Shown here one piece after another: positions 14,833 through 23,290 of a stretch of DNA of 32,000 bases. The translations under genes and the position numbers were made by a program. The notes beneath the pieces are model-generated. The model saw only the letters and a program-made list of their open reading frames with translations, was not told the origin of the DNA and did not search any database. Where the stretch lies: the NCBI RefSeq assembly GCF_000237865.1, contig NC_017459.1:1410001-1442000 (forward strand), read 5' to 3'. This DNA is from Haloquadratum walsbyi C23 (GTDB taxonomy: Archaea > Halobacteriota > Halobacteria > Halobacteriales > Haloferacaceae). Within the stretch, counting starts at the first letter, position 1. Each line of letters begins with the position of its first letter.

Positions 14833-14969
14833 GTCCGAAATCACCCGCGTCGACGGAAGTTGACTACTTTCTCTATCAAGAATCAGCAATATTCTATACC
14901 AAGATTATTATCTTACTTAATTTGATACAGCAACTTTATTATAATTAGAGACAAATTTGTCAAATATAG

Positions 14970-15650
14970 ATGGCACACATTCACCTTGGAGAAGGAACGT
15001 TCCCGGTATGGGCACTTATTCTGTGGACGACGATCGGCGTGGTACTGATCAGTGCTATAGTCTACCGGATCCGGAAGGGCAGTATCAAAACACACCAGAT
15101 CGCACTCGCCGGAATCGGCGCGGCGGCGAGTTTCGCGGTTTTCCAGTTGAATATCCCCGTTTGGGGGGGTATCCACATGAACCTCACCGGTCTCGTCGGC
15201 ATTATCGCCGGACCGCTGCTTGGTGCGTTGATTGCGCTGGTGGTGAACATCTTCTCGGCAGCGCTTGGTCACGGTGCAGTCGGTCTCCTCGGGGCGAATA
15301 CACTCGTCAACGCGAGCGAAGCTATCGTCGCTTACTACGCGTTCAAGACCCTGATGAGGATGGACTGGGATGTCTTCCCCGCCAGCGCTAGTGCCGCAAC
15401 GCTCGGTCTTTCGGCAGGAGCGTTCCTAATGGGAGCGATCATTATAATAAGCGGCGTGAACGGGAGCGCACTGCCACGCGGTGACCTCACGATTGCGGTC
15501 GCTGGGCTTGTCGGACTCAATCTCGGCGTCGCAGTCATCGAGGGTATCCTGACTGGATTCATCATCCAGTTCCTCGCCTCCGTCCGTCCCGACCTCGTTG
15601 ACCTTGCCGACCGTGACACACAGGAGGAACCGACCGGGGTGACGGCCTGA
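14970..15650 (+). CDS. cbiM: ECF transporter substrate-capture subunit CbiM/NikM
   Basis: N-terminus MAHIHLGEG (the CbiM/NikM-type N-terminal His loop), multiple TM helices, and a TGATG overlap with the next gene. Confidence 0.9.
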   Translation: MAHIHLGEGTFPVWALILWTTIGVVLISAIVYRIRKGSIKTHQIALAGIGAAASFAVFQLNIPVWGGIHMNLTGLVGIIAGPLLGALIALVVNIFSAALGHGAVGLLGANTLVNASEAIVAYYAFKTLMRMDWDVFPASASAATLGLSAGAFLMGAIIIISGVNGSALPRGDLTIAVAGLVGLNLGVAVIEGILTGFIIQFLASVRPDLVDLADRDTQEEPTGVTA

Positions 15651-15973
15651 TGCAGCGCTGGAAGCAGTATGGCGGTCTCCTCGGACTGTTCGCTGCTTTT
15701 CTCGCCGCTGGGTATTGGGGCTTCACCGCAACCGGCGGTGCCTTGCCGTACGCCAAACGCTCTGCGAAAGCCCTCCAGCGTGGTGTGCAGGAAAGCGGCG
15801 GTTCGCTTGTCGACTTCGGCCGTGGTATCGTTGTCGCCGGACCCATTCGGAAGGGCGGAATGATGATCGAATTTGCTGCGATCGTCCTTGTACTGGTTAC
15901 CCTCGGTATCGGGCTGTACATCTATGTCGACCGCTACGGCGGCTTTAATGACAGAGAACCTCCAGTTTCATAA
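15650..15973 (+). CDS. cbiN: small two-TM membrane protein in the CbiN/NikN position
   Basis: 107 aa with two hydrophobic helices (YGGLLGLFAAFLAAGYWGF and MMIEFAAIVLVLVTLGIGLYIYV). It sits between cbiM and cbiQ. The sequence itself is not recognisably CbiN. Confidence 0.55.
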   Translation: MQRWKQYGGLLGLFAAFLAAGYWGFTATGGALPYAKRSAKALQRGVQESGGSLVDFGRGIVVAGPIRKGGMMIEFAAIVLVLVTLGIGLYIYVDRYGGFNDREPPVS

Positions 15974-15975
15974 TT

Positions 15976-16788
15976 ATGACGACGCTCTCGAACCACGTTC
16001 CCGATCCGCGACTCATCACGGCGTTCGCCGAACGACGAGACGGACCGTTACACCGCGTCAATCCATGGACGAAGGTTGGCGTCGTCGGTGCACTCGTCCT
16101 CGCCGTCACGGTGTTCGACCGCCTTGCACTCTTGGCCGGACTATACGGAGCCATACTGGTGATCTATGGACTCGCAGGACTGCCATATCGACGACTCGCT
16201 GGCTGGTACACGCTCCCGATGCTGTTCATCGTCTCGGTTGCCGGACCGCTGGCGTTCCTCGAACCAGGGACGCCAATCGGTGGCGCGCTCTTGACACCGC
16301 TCGGTGAACTTTCTGTCACGTGGGCAGGGCTCGTGCTCTTTTCGGAGCTCACCTGCCGGTCACTCACAGTCGTCACATTTGTCTTGACGGCGTCGATGAC
16401 GACCAAATATACCGACGTCGCGTACATGCTTGGGCGGTTACTCCCACGACCGATCGACCAGATCGCGCTGCTTACCTATCGGTTCACGTTTGTCATGATC
16501 GAGACGCTCGAAGATTTAGCAAAAGCCGCGCTCTCTCGGAGTGCGAACTTCTCAGAGTTTTGGTCGAACAAACGGCTGTATGCCAGAATCCTCGGGATGA
16601 CGATGCTGTCGGCGATAGAGCAGTCCGAACGCCTCGTCAAGTCGATGGAAGCCCGTGGCTACAATGGCGATATCACGCTGTACGGTGACGTCTCGCGACC
16701 ACCAATCCACGAACTATTCATGATGGTGGGTTCGTACGCTGCTGTCGTCGGCTACGCTGTGGTCGCGGTCTACGGGGTGAGACTGTGA
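15976..16788 (+). CDS. cbiQ: ECF transporter transmembrane (T) component CbiQ
   Basis: 270 aa, multi-TM. LTYRFTFVMIETLEDLAKAALSRSANF ... VKSMEARGY are typical T-component coupling-helix regions. It overlaps cbiO by 4 nt. Confidence 0.9.
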   Translation: MTTLSNHVPDPRLITAFAERRDGPLHRVNPWTKVGVVGALVLAVTVFDRLALLAGLYGAILVIYGLAGLPYRRLAGWYTLPMLFIVSVAGPLAFLEPGTPIGGALLTPLGELSVTWAGLVLFSELTCRSLTVVTFVLTASMTTKYTDVAYMLGRLLPRPIDQIALLTYRFTFVMIETLEDLAKAALSRSANFSEFWSNKRLYARILGMTMLSAIEQSERLVKSMEARGYNGDITLYGDVSRPPIHELFMMVGSYAAVVGYAVVAVYGVRL

Positions 16789-17660
16789 GCCGAGACCATT
16801 CACCGCTCGTCAATCTTCAGTGTGAGGCTCACACTTACCCCGACGGGACGGTCGGCATGCACGATGTCGAATTCTCGGTGTACCCTGAGGAAGTCGTCGC
16901 ACTCGTCGGCGGTAACGGTGCTGGGAAGTCGACACTCCTCGAACACCTGAACGCGACGCTTGTTCCCGACGACGGCGAACTTGTCATTGGCGGCACGCTG
17001 ATCACCGAAGATAATAAGACACATGCACGGAGCGAAGTCGGCTTCGTCTTCCAGGACGCCGATACCCAGCTCGTTGCGCCAACAGTCCTCGATGACGTAA
17101 TGTTCGGTCTCCAGAACTACGGCGTGCCCGGTGACGAAGCGAGAGAGCGTGCTCGTGAGGCGCTTGCGACTGTTGACGCGGGTCACCTCGAAGACCGGAT
17201 TCCTCACTATCTGAGCGGTGGCGAGAAACGCCTCGTCGGTCTCGCCGGTGTGCTCGTCCTCGAACCGAGTGTGATCGTGTTGGACGAACCACTTGCAGGG
17301 CTCGACCCCGAGCGCTCCCAACTGGTCGCCAAGCGAATCGAGCAGATTCACGAGGATGGTATTAGCGTCGTTCTGTCGACGCATGACCTCGAATTTGCCG
17401 CTGAAGTCGCAGACCGAGTCTGTGCGATGGTCGACGGCAATATCGTTGGAAGCGGAACGCCCCGGGAGGTGTTCTACGACGACGCGCTATTGGCGGAAGC
17501 AAACCTTCATCCGCCCAGTGCTGTTCGCGTGGCTCGGGATGCGGGGCTGGGAACGACCGAACAGCCAGTGACGGAAGCGGATCTAGTGGCGCTCCTCACA
17601 GAAGCTGACAACCCGGAAACCACGCAGATACCCTCTCCAAGTGGGCGTAGACACGACTGA
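16785..17660 (+). CDS. cbiO: ECF transporter ATPase CbiO
   Basis: Walker A GGNGAGKST, signature LSGGEKRLV, Walker B VIVLDEP. GTG start overlaps the cbiQ stop. Confidence 0.9.
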   Translation: MSRDHSPLVNLQCEAHTYPDGTVGMHDVEFSVYPEEVVALVGGNGAGKSTLLEHLNATLVPDDGELVIGGTLITEDNKTHARSEVGFVFQDADTQLVAPTVLDDVMFGLQNYGVPGDEARERAREALATVDAGHLEDRIPHYLSGGEKRLVGLAGVLVLEPSVIVLDEPLAGLDPERSQLVAKRIEQIHEDGISVVLSTHDLEFAAEVADRVCAMVDGNIVGSGTPREVFYDDALLAEANLHPPSAVRVARDAGLGTTEQPVTEADLVALLTEADNPETTQIPSPSGRRHD

Positions 17661-17863
17661 ATAACTCTAACTCTGTTAATATCTTGCGCCACTTCCTCGG
17701 CGGATCAAGACCATTGCTTTGCAGTACGCGTGAGCAATCGTTGATATTATAATATGGTGTGTTCGAACACCCGAAAAATGACTCACCCGACCATCGACAA
17801 TTATCATAATCTAATAGACTTAATTACCAATGAATCATAAGTATAAATACAATTTAACATATA

Positions 17864-18253
17864 ATGCGTACGAGCTTTAATATCCCCGACACCCTTCTTT
17901 CCGAATTCGATGAGACATGGCAGGCAGAGGAATTAGATTCACGTTCGCGTGGCGTCCGCGAAGCGATGCAGGAGTATATCGAGGCACACACCAGATTGGA
18001 GGATATCGAAGGTGATGTCGTCGTTATCATCGCTTTCGATTATGAACACGAAGCGGTTATTGAGGAGATTCACGACGTGCAACACCAGTTTCAAGACGTC
18101 ATCACGACCACGAACCATATTCATGAAGGTGAGTGGTGTCTCGAGACGCTGTTCTGCAGCGGACCGGCACCGCGTGCCCGGGAACTCACCTATCGCTTGC
18201 GCGATTTCGATGCGGTGAGTCAGGTCAAGCTGATGCTCCTCGCTGAACACTGA
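17864..18253 (+). CDS. nikR: NikR-family regulator, paralog 2
   Basis: RHH N-terminus (MRTSFNIPDTLLSEFDE...SRSRGVREAMQEYI). The C-terminal domain carries VQHQF...NHIHEGEWCLE (His, H.H and Cys ligand pattern). Confidence 0.85.
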   Translation: MRTSFNIPDTLLSEFDETWQAEELDSRSRGVREAMQEYIEAHTRLEDIEGDVVVIIAFDYEHEAVIEEIHDVQHQFQDVITTTNHIHEGEWCLETLFCSGPAPRARELTYRLRDFDAVSQVKLMLLAEH

Positions 18254-18665
18254 GTAGACTTATGAATAACTTTGCTGAGATCCTCACTTGAGGAAATTTT
18301 TCAATGAGCATACTGAGTGTAGGGCGCGTGTCCCGCATTTGCGAACGGTATTCCCTTAGTCGTCAGTTCCCAGCAGTTTGCCCGATGATGGCATCTCAGC
18401 CTGAGCAGTGAAGACTACTTCAATCTGCGAGGAAACTCATATTTCTTGCAGAGCTACGGATGTGTCAGTCTTAGTGCTTCGTGAAATATTTTGAACCATC
18501 GGTCCTACACAACAGTATCAACGGCTACTCTATGACAAGATTTTGAATTGAATTCCTCAATAAGCTTTCAGGAGCACTATACTGACAGTGTGCGATAGTA
18601 CCGAGAAGATGGAGCCGCTTACGATAATTCAAATTCATACCTATATTTATAATGATAATATCGGC

Positions 18666-20060
18666 TCAAGTATTACAGTATGTTACATACTCTGTATCGA
18701 ACTCTCGTGACGGTGGTTGTTGGAATCGTGAACCCAGATCCGTCGATGTATAGGGGTCTTTTAGCACGGTCAATAATCTCTTGAATTTGGATAGGTCCCC
18801 AGTTTCGATATACTCATCCAGTGCTTCTTCAGCCAGGTAGTTGCGGAGGATATATCGCGGATTGGCTTCTTGCATCAACTCCGCATCTAGACCGACAGCA
18901 GTCAGTTTATTCCTGAGCCGTTCGAATTCCGTACTTGCAAACGCTGGGTCATCAAACGTACCGGGCATCTCTAATTCGAGGAACGTATTGGTATAGTCTG
19001 CGCTCGATTTGCGAAGCCACTCCACGAATTCATCGACGAGTTCTTCCTCGCCATCTGAGTTAATCCCCAGTTTCCTCCGCATCATCGTGTAGTATTGCGC
19101 ATCAAATCGATCCTCAAACTCGTCTAGTTTGCCTTCGAGTTCGTCATACGTGAGCGCTGACTGGGCACACAACGGTTGGAGTGACTCTGCGAATCGTTCG
19201 AGATTCCACCGCAGGATCGGTCGCTGGTTTCCGAACGCATATCGCCCGTGTTTATCGATTGAGCTGAAAACCGCCTCCTCATCATAATAATTCATGAATG
19301 CGCAGGGTCCGTAATCAAATGTTTCGCCATCGATACTCATATTGTCCGTGTTCATGACGCCATGAATAAATCCGATACGTAGCCAGTCAATGACCATCTC
19401 AATCGATGACTGCATGACTGCATCGAAGAATTCTAGATATGTCCGATCTTTTGCGTTTAATTCCGGATAATGCCGGTCAATAACATAGTCGGTGAATCGT
19501 GGTAGTTCATTGGATATCTGAGCTGCGACATACTGGAAAGTCCCGTATCGAATATGACTGTTCATCACTCGAACAAGGATGGCTCCAGGTTCTGTCCGTC
19601 GTCGTTCAACTGTTTCCTCGGTTTCGATGACCGCCAAACTTCTTGATGTTTTGATGTTTAGATTCTGCATCGCATATGAGTACAGATATTCTCTGAGCAT
19701 TGAACTGACCGTTGCGTTGCCATCACCTCTCCCGGAGTACGGCGTTCGACCAGATCCTTTCAGTTGAATATCGTATCTGTTATCTTCGTGGACATGTTCG
19801 CCGAGTATCATCGCTCTCCCGTCGCCCAAGAGAGTAAAACTTCCATACTGGTGGCCTGCATATGCCTGGGCGATTGATTCTTCTGTGAGATCCTGACCCG
19901 CTAGAATGGTAGCATTAAGTTCCGATGTATCCAATCCAATATCAGCACAGAGCCCGTCATTAATAACCAAAATTTCGGGATTATCAATATCTTTTGGGGC
20001 TACTTTGCAATACAGATCCGAATCTAAATCTTCGTAAGTGGTGTTGAACGAAAAGACCAT
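18666..20060 (-). CDS. selO: SelO/YdiU-family protein adenylyl/uridylyl-transferase
   Basis: 464 aa. Blocks AYAGHQYGSFTLLGDGRA, LKGSGRTPYS and HGVMNTDNMSIDGETFDYGP are typical of SelO. The gene and its flanks are visibly AT-richer than neighbouring genes. Confidence 0.9.
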   Translation of the reverse strand: MVFSFNTTYEDLDSDLYCKVAPKDIDNPEILVINDGLCADIGLDTSELNATILAGQDLTEESIAQAYAGHQYGSFTLLGDGRAMILGEHVHEDNRYDIQLKGSGRTPYSGRGDGNATVSSMLREYLYSYAMQNLNIKTSRSLAVIETEETVERRRTEPGAILVRVMNSHIRYGTFQYVAAQISNELPRFTDYVIDRHYPELNAKDRTYLEFFDAVMQSSIEMVIDWLRIGFIHGVMNTDNMSIDGETFDYGPCAFMNYYDEEAVFSSIDKHGRYAFGNQRPILRWNLERFAESLQPLCAQSALTYDELEGKLDEFEDRFDAQYYTMMRRKLGINSDGEEELVDEFVEWLRKSSADYTNTFLELEMPGTFDDPAFASTEFERLRNKLTAVGLDAELMQEANPRYILRNYLAEEALDEYIETGDLSKFKRLLTVLKDPYTSTDLGSRFQQPPSREFDTEYVTYCNT

Positions 20061-20265
20061 TTAATTATATCGTATTATGTTACTTGCTTTAATAATCTTA
20101 ACTTTGAAGATATTAAGAATCGATCGATTAGTGAGGTTCAAATCGGCGTGTGCTACGTACATACTTCGTATTCAGCAAACGGGCTCTTTCAACTCCTGCG
20201 AATTTCAACACCGAATCACGAGTTGATATACCGTTCAATGGAATCTTCGCCCTTCAGGGCGGAGA

Positions 20266-20608
20266 GGATGTCAATCGTGCAGGTACAGTTGACCGGCGAG
20301 TACGAACACTCGCCGATCGTGACGGCTGATAACACGCTAACACTGGTGAAGAAGGAGACAGGGATCGGATAGTACCGGAATTCTCTTTCCGTAATAGCCT
20401 AGCACCTGAGTGGCGACACTATCTGGAGTCTCGGAAATCTCCTGTATTGGTTGTTTGGGGAACACGAATGGCCGTTCAGAAAGCGATCTGAAGCAGATTC
20501 TGTTTGTCGATTCGGTCGAAACCATGCATCACAGACCCGCTAAACTCGGTGTAATCTCAATTTTCATATAGAAACAGTCGTTGAGACTGGGCTTCTCAAT
20601 GCATACAG
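20266..20608 (+). mobile_element. 3-prime fragment of an IS4/ISH3-type insertion sequence (copy A)
   Basis: Encodes ...VQVQLTGEYEHSPIVTADNTLTLVKKETGIG* (stop at 20370-20372), then about 236 nt ending ...GTTGAGACTGGGCTTCTCAATGCATACAG at 20608. It is homologous along its whole length to 21466-21801. More diverged similarity may extend back to about 20150. Confidence 0.6.
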
Positions 20609-20643
20609 ATCTGACACTGATTTCTTCACAAAGGATCCCTCAA

Positions 20644-20997
20644 TCAGTCGAGTCCGAGACTCAGTTTGAGCGCGTCGTCGATCTCGCCCACTGTCGAGTC
20701 GGCGAGACTGCCAGCCACCGAATGGATTTGCTTCTCAACAGACACGACTCGAATTTGATCAAGCCGCACAGAGAAGTCTTTCTCGAACGGTGAGTCCGAC
20801 GCTTCCACGAGTACCTCAAAGGGATAGCTTCGGTACGTTCCCGTCGCAGGTGCAACGATTGTGATCTTAGAGTTCTTGTTCCCGACATCGTTCTGGACCA
20901 CTACCGCAGGCCGTGTTTTCTGCATTTCGTGCCCCTCGGCAGGATCGAGTTGAATGATAACGACATCACCGCGCCGAATCTTGGTGTCGTCGCTCAT
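20644..20997 (-). CDS. mazF: MazF/PemK-family type II toxin
   Basis: 117 aa. IRRGDVVIIQLDPAEGHEMQKTRPAVVVQND...ITIVAPAT matches the MazF/PemK fold signature. ATGA overlap with the upstream antitoxin gene. Confidence 0.85.
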   Translation of the reverse strand: MSDDTKIRRGDVVIIQLDPAEGHEMQKTRPAVVVQNDVGNKNSKITIVAPATGTYRSYPFEVLVEASDSPFEKDFSVRLDQIRVVSVEKQIHSVAGSLADSTVGEIDDALKLSLGLD

Positions 20998-21236
20998 TCA
21001 TCAAGTCCCGACCCCGACCACGCCTCGTCCGAAACCCCATCCCACTCGTCGGCAAGATCACTGGCGCTTTCCGATGCCTCACGATACGCAGCGGCTAGTT
21101 CCGCCTCGTCGGGAGTCTCGGACTCAACCTCGACGACAGCCACTGTGACGCGCTTGTTCGCGTACTCAGTCCCGAGGTACACCCGCCCCCGGTCGTCGGT
21201 CTCGTTCGTCTGGAGTTTGTCGGCGTCAACTTTCAT
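20994..21236 (-). CDS. MazE-type antitoxin candidate (AbrB-like N-terminus, acidic tail)
   Basis: The track start 21248 is GTG. ATG 21236 gives MKVDADKLQTNETDDRGRVYLGTEYANKRVTVAVVEV.... The C-terminus is very acidic. It overlaps mazF by 4 nt. Confidence 0.7.
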   Translation of the reverse strand: MKVDADKLQTNETDDRGRVYLGTEYANKRVTVAVVEVESETPDEAELAAAYREASESASDLADEWDGVSDEAWSGSGLDE

Positions 21237-21242
21237 CTCGTA

Positions 21243-21288
21243 ACCCACTATTGCCCACGTCTATATCAGTCTTACCCACTATTACCCA
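21243..21288. promoter_or_regulatory. two 15-nt direct repeats upstream of the mazEF module
   Basis: ACCCACTATTGCCCA at 21243-21257 and ACCCACTATTACCCA at 21274-21288 (14/15 identical, 31-nt period), with TATATCA between them. They lie immediately upstream of ATG 21236 on the minus strand. Confidence 0.4.
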
Positions 21289-21331
21289 TTTTTTACAGGC
21301 ACCCAGATCACTGCCTGATGACACCAACGGG

Positions 21332-21801
21332 GTCGTCAGGGTGAGCTATCGATCGATTAAGCGGATCATGGCCGCGACCACGTCGAAAAATTTCGGGCGA
21401 CGGTTCTTCTACTTCGTGTTCGCGTGTCTCCTGTACTCAATCTGGCGAGCAGTCGATCTGCTGGTACAGATTGAGTTGACCGGTGAGTATGAACATTCGC
21501 CGCTGATTACAGCGGATAACACGCTGACGCTGCTGAAGAAGGAGACAGGAATCGGGTAGTGAGGTGCTCTGTTCGGGTTAGCGTGCCGTCTGAGTGGCTA
21601 CGCTGCTGGAAGTCTCAAAAATTTGTCCATATAGTTGAGCGTGTGACAAGAATAGCCGTTTGGAGGACCATCTGGGGCAGTACCCGCTGACCGAATCGGT
21701 CAAATTCACGCATCACAGACCGCTAAACCCTCTGTAGTCTCAACTTTCACATAGAAACAGTAGTTGAGACTGGTCGTCTCAATGCATACAGTTCTCGAAC
21801 T
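21332..21801 (+). mobile_element. 3-prime fragment of an IS4/ISH3-type insertion sequence (copy B)
   Basis: Encodes ...VVRVSYRSIKRIMAATTSKNFGRRFFYFVFACLLYSIWRAVDLLVQIELTGEYEHSPLITADNTLTLLKKETGIG*, the C-terminal region of a DDE transposase with no N-terminal catalytic part. The non-coding tail ends ...GTTGAGACTGGTCGTCTCAATGCATACAG at 21801. Confidence 0.65.
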
Positions 21802-21870
21802 TCTTCGCGATGGACAGTGATTCACCTTCAGCGATTTCGTAGATTTCATATCTAACACTCTTTACAGCAG

Positions 21871-22263
21871 ATGGCGTACCTCGTTTCAACGATGTCCATC
21901 GACCGAGACACCTTCGAGAACACGACCGAGGACGAGCTCACGGAGCTTTCGGTCCCTGATCAGGTCCTCGGATTTCTCGCCGCTAACGACGATCGTGCGT
22001 TCAAGACGCGCGAAATTGCCTCTCAGATCGGCATTAACGAGGGGGCGGTGAGTACTGCGCTCTCACGGTTGAAGAACCGCGATCTGGTCGAACACAAGGC
22101 GACGTACTGGGTCGTGACTGACGACACCGAGCGCCTCGAAGGATACAGCGGGTACGAGCGGGCGACCGCATTGTTTAACGACAAACTCGGTACAGAGGAT
22201 AAGGAGGCGTGGCGCGAGCACGCACCGCAGGAACCCCACCCGAGCGTCGAGGATGAACAGTGA
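21871..22263 (+). CDS. MarR-like winged-helix protein (antitoxin-position gene)
   Basis: ATG 21871 lies 20-27 nt downstream of TTTCATAT. LGFLAANDDRAFKTREIASQIGINEGAVSTALSRLKNRDLVEHK is a wHTH. GTGA overlap with the next ORF. Confidence 0.7.
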   Translation: MAYLVSTMSIDRDTFENTTEDELTELSVPDQVLGFLAANDDRAFKTREIASQIGINEGAVSTALSRLKNRDLVEHKATYWVVTDDTERLEGYSGYERATALFNDKLGTEDKEAWREHAPQEPHPSVEDEQ

Positions 22264-22511
22264 CGGACGAAGAGACACCGATTTTTGACCGTGGCGATGT
22301 CGTCTACGGCGATGACCCGTTCAAAAGTGACGAGGATGTTCGACCTTGGCTTTGGCTCATTCTTTCGAACCACGAAGGTCGTCCGTTCCACGGTGAGCAG
22401 TATATCGCGCTCACGCTGACGTCGAAATCATGGATGGATGGACTCATCGATATTCCCGAGGAGAGCTGGCTTCGTGGCGGGACACCGGACGGGAGTCGGA
22501 TCATCCCGTAG
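22260..22511 (+). pseudogene. MazF/PemK-like toxin gene, probably 3-prime truncated
   Basis: FDRGDVVYGDDPFKSDEDVRPWLWLILSN...PFHGEQYIALTLTSKSW matches a haloarchaeal PemK-like family remembered as about 115-125 aa. Here the frame stops at 83 aa, 21 nt before the junction with the nikR fragment. Confidence 0.5.
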
Positions 22512-22532
22512 GGCGTCCAATCCATTGACTAC

Positions 22533-22787
22533 GAGGATATCGAAGGCGACGTCGTCGTTATCATCGGTTTCGATTACGAACACGAAGCGGTTATCAAAGA
22601 TATTCACGACGTACAACATCAGTTTCAGGACGTTATCACGACCACAAATCACATTCACGAGGGAGAGTGGTGTCTTGAGACGCTCTTCTGCAGTGGACTG
22701 GCACCGCGTGTCCGGGACCTCATCTATCGCTCGCGCGATTTCGATGCGGTGAGTCGAGTCAAACTGATGCTCCTCGCTCAAACGTAG
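22533..22787 (+). pseudogene. nikR: C-terminal fragment of a nikR paralog (no ribbon-helix-helix domain, no start)
   Basis: Encodes EDIEGDVVVIIGFDYEHEAVIKDIHDVQHQFQDVITTTNHIHEGEWCLETLFCSGLAPRVRDLIYRSRDFDAVSRVKLMLLAQT*. It is colinear and highly similar at DNA level to 17998-18253 of nikR paralog 2. Similarity begins abruptly near 22531. Confidence 0.8.
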
Positions 22788-23290
22788 CGAACTGCTCGCA
22801 TCTTAATTCAGTTATCAGGTTCGAAAATAATGCCTTGTATCCTCCAAGAGAACCAATATTCCCTCCTGCGCCAGTCTATTAAAATTTATATTTTAAATAA
22901 TATTCAGTATTAATATAATAGATATATTTATTACATTGCCTCACACACGGTGAGTCGTTGATCCGATCAAATCACATTGTATGGCCTGCCAGTATTGGTC
23001 TGTTCTGGTGTACGAAGCCAGTCGCTCTCGCTATAACAAGTGTTGCAACACGGTGGCGGAGACTACCATCCCGTGACGTAAATCTCGTTGAGTTGTCTGC
23101 CGAATGGCTAGGATATGAGTGAACAGAACCGGGTTTCAGACGGGACGGCTATGTTTGTGAGGAGTGTGGAGATCCGTACCGGGAGGTGCAATGCCCTCCA
23201 GGATTCGTCGGTCTCTGCCCACAGTGCTTCGAGGCCGTACTAACCGGCGACGAGCAACAATAACCGTTTGAAGATGTGATTCTGTAGCTA

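Noticed and set aside
16800-17384. 194-aa minus-strand ORF, and similar overlapping ORFs in znuA/znuB (28518-29078, 28756-29277, 30262-30774, 30761-31330)
   Set aside because: They are antisense or out of frame relative to ABC transporter genes with clear Walker/signature motifs or TM patterns. They have no features of their own.
22860-22945. Extremely AT-rich ~80-bp stretch (and the 13.7-14.4 kb spacer) as a replication origin/DUE
   Set aside because: No ORB-like repeated boxes flank it and no orc1/cdc6 or rep gene is nearby. It is more simply the orphaned promoter region downstream of the destroyed nikR copy.
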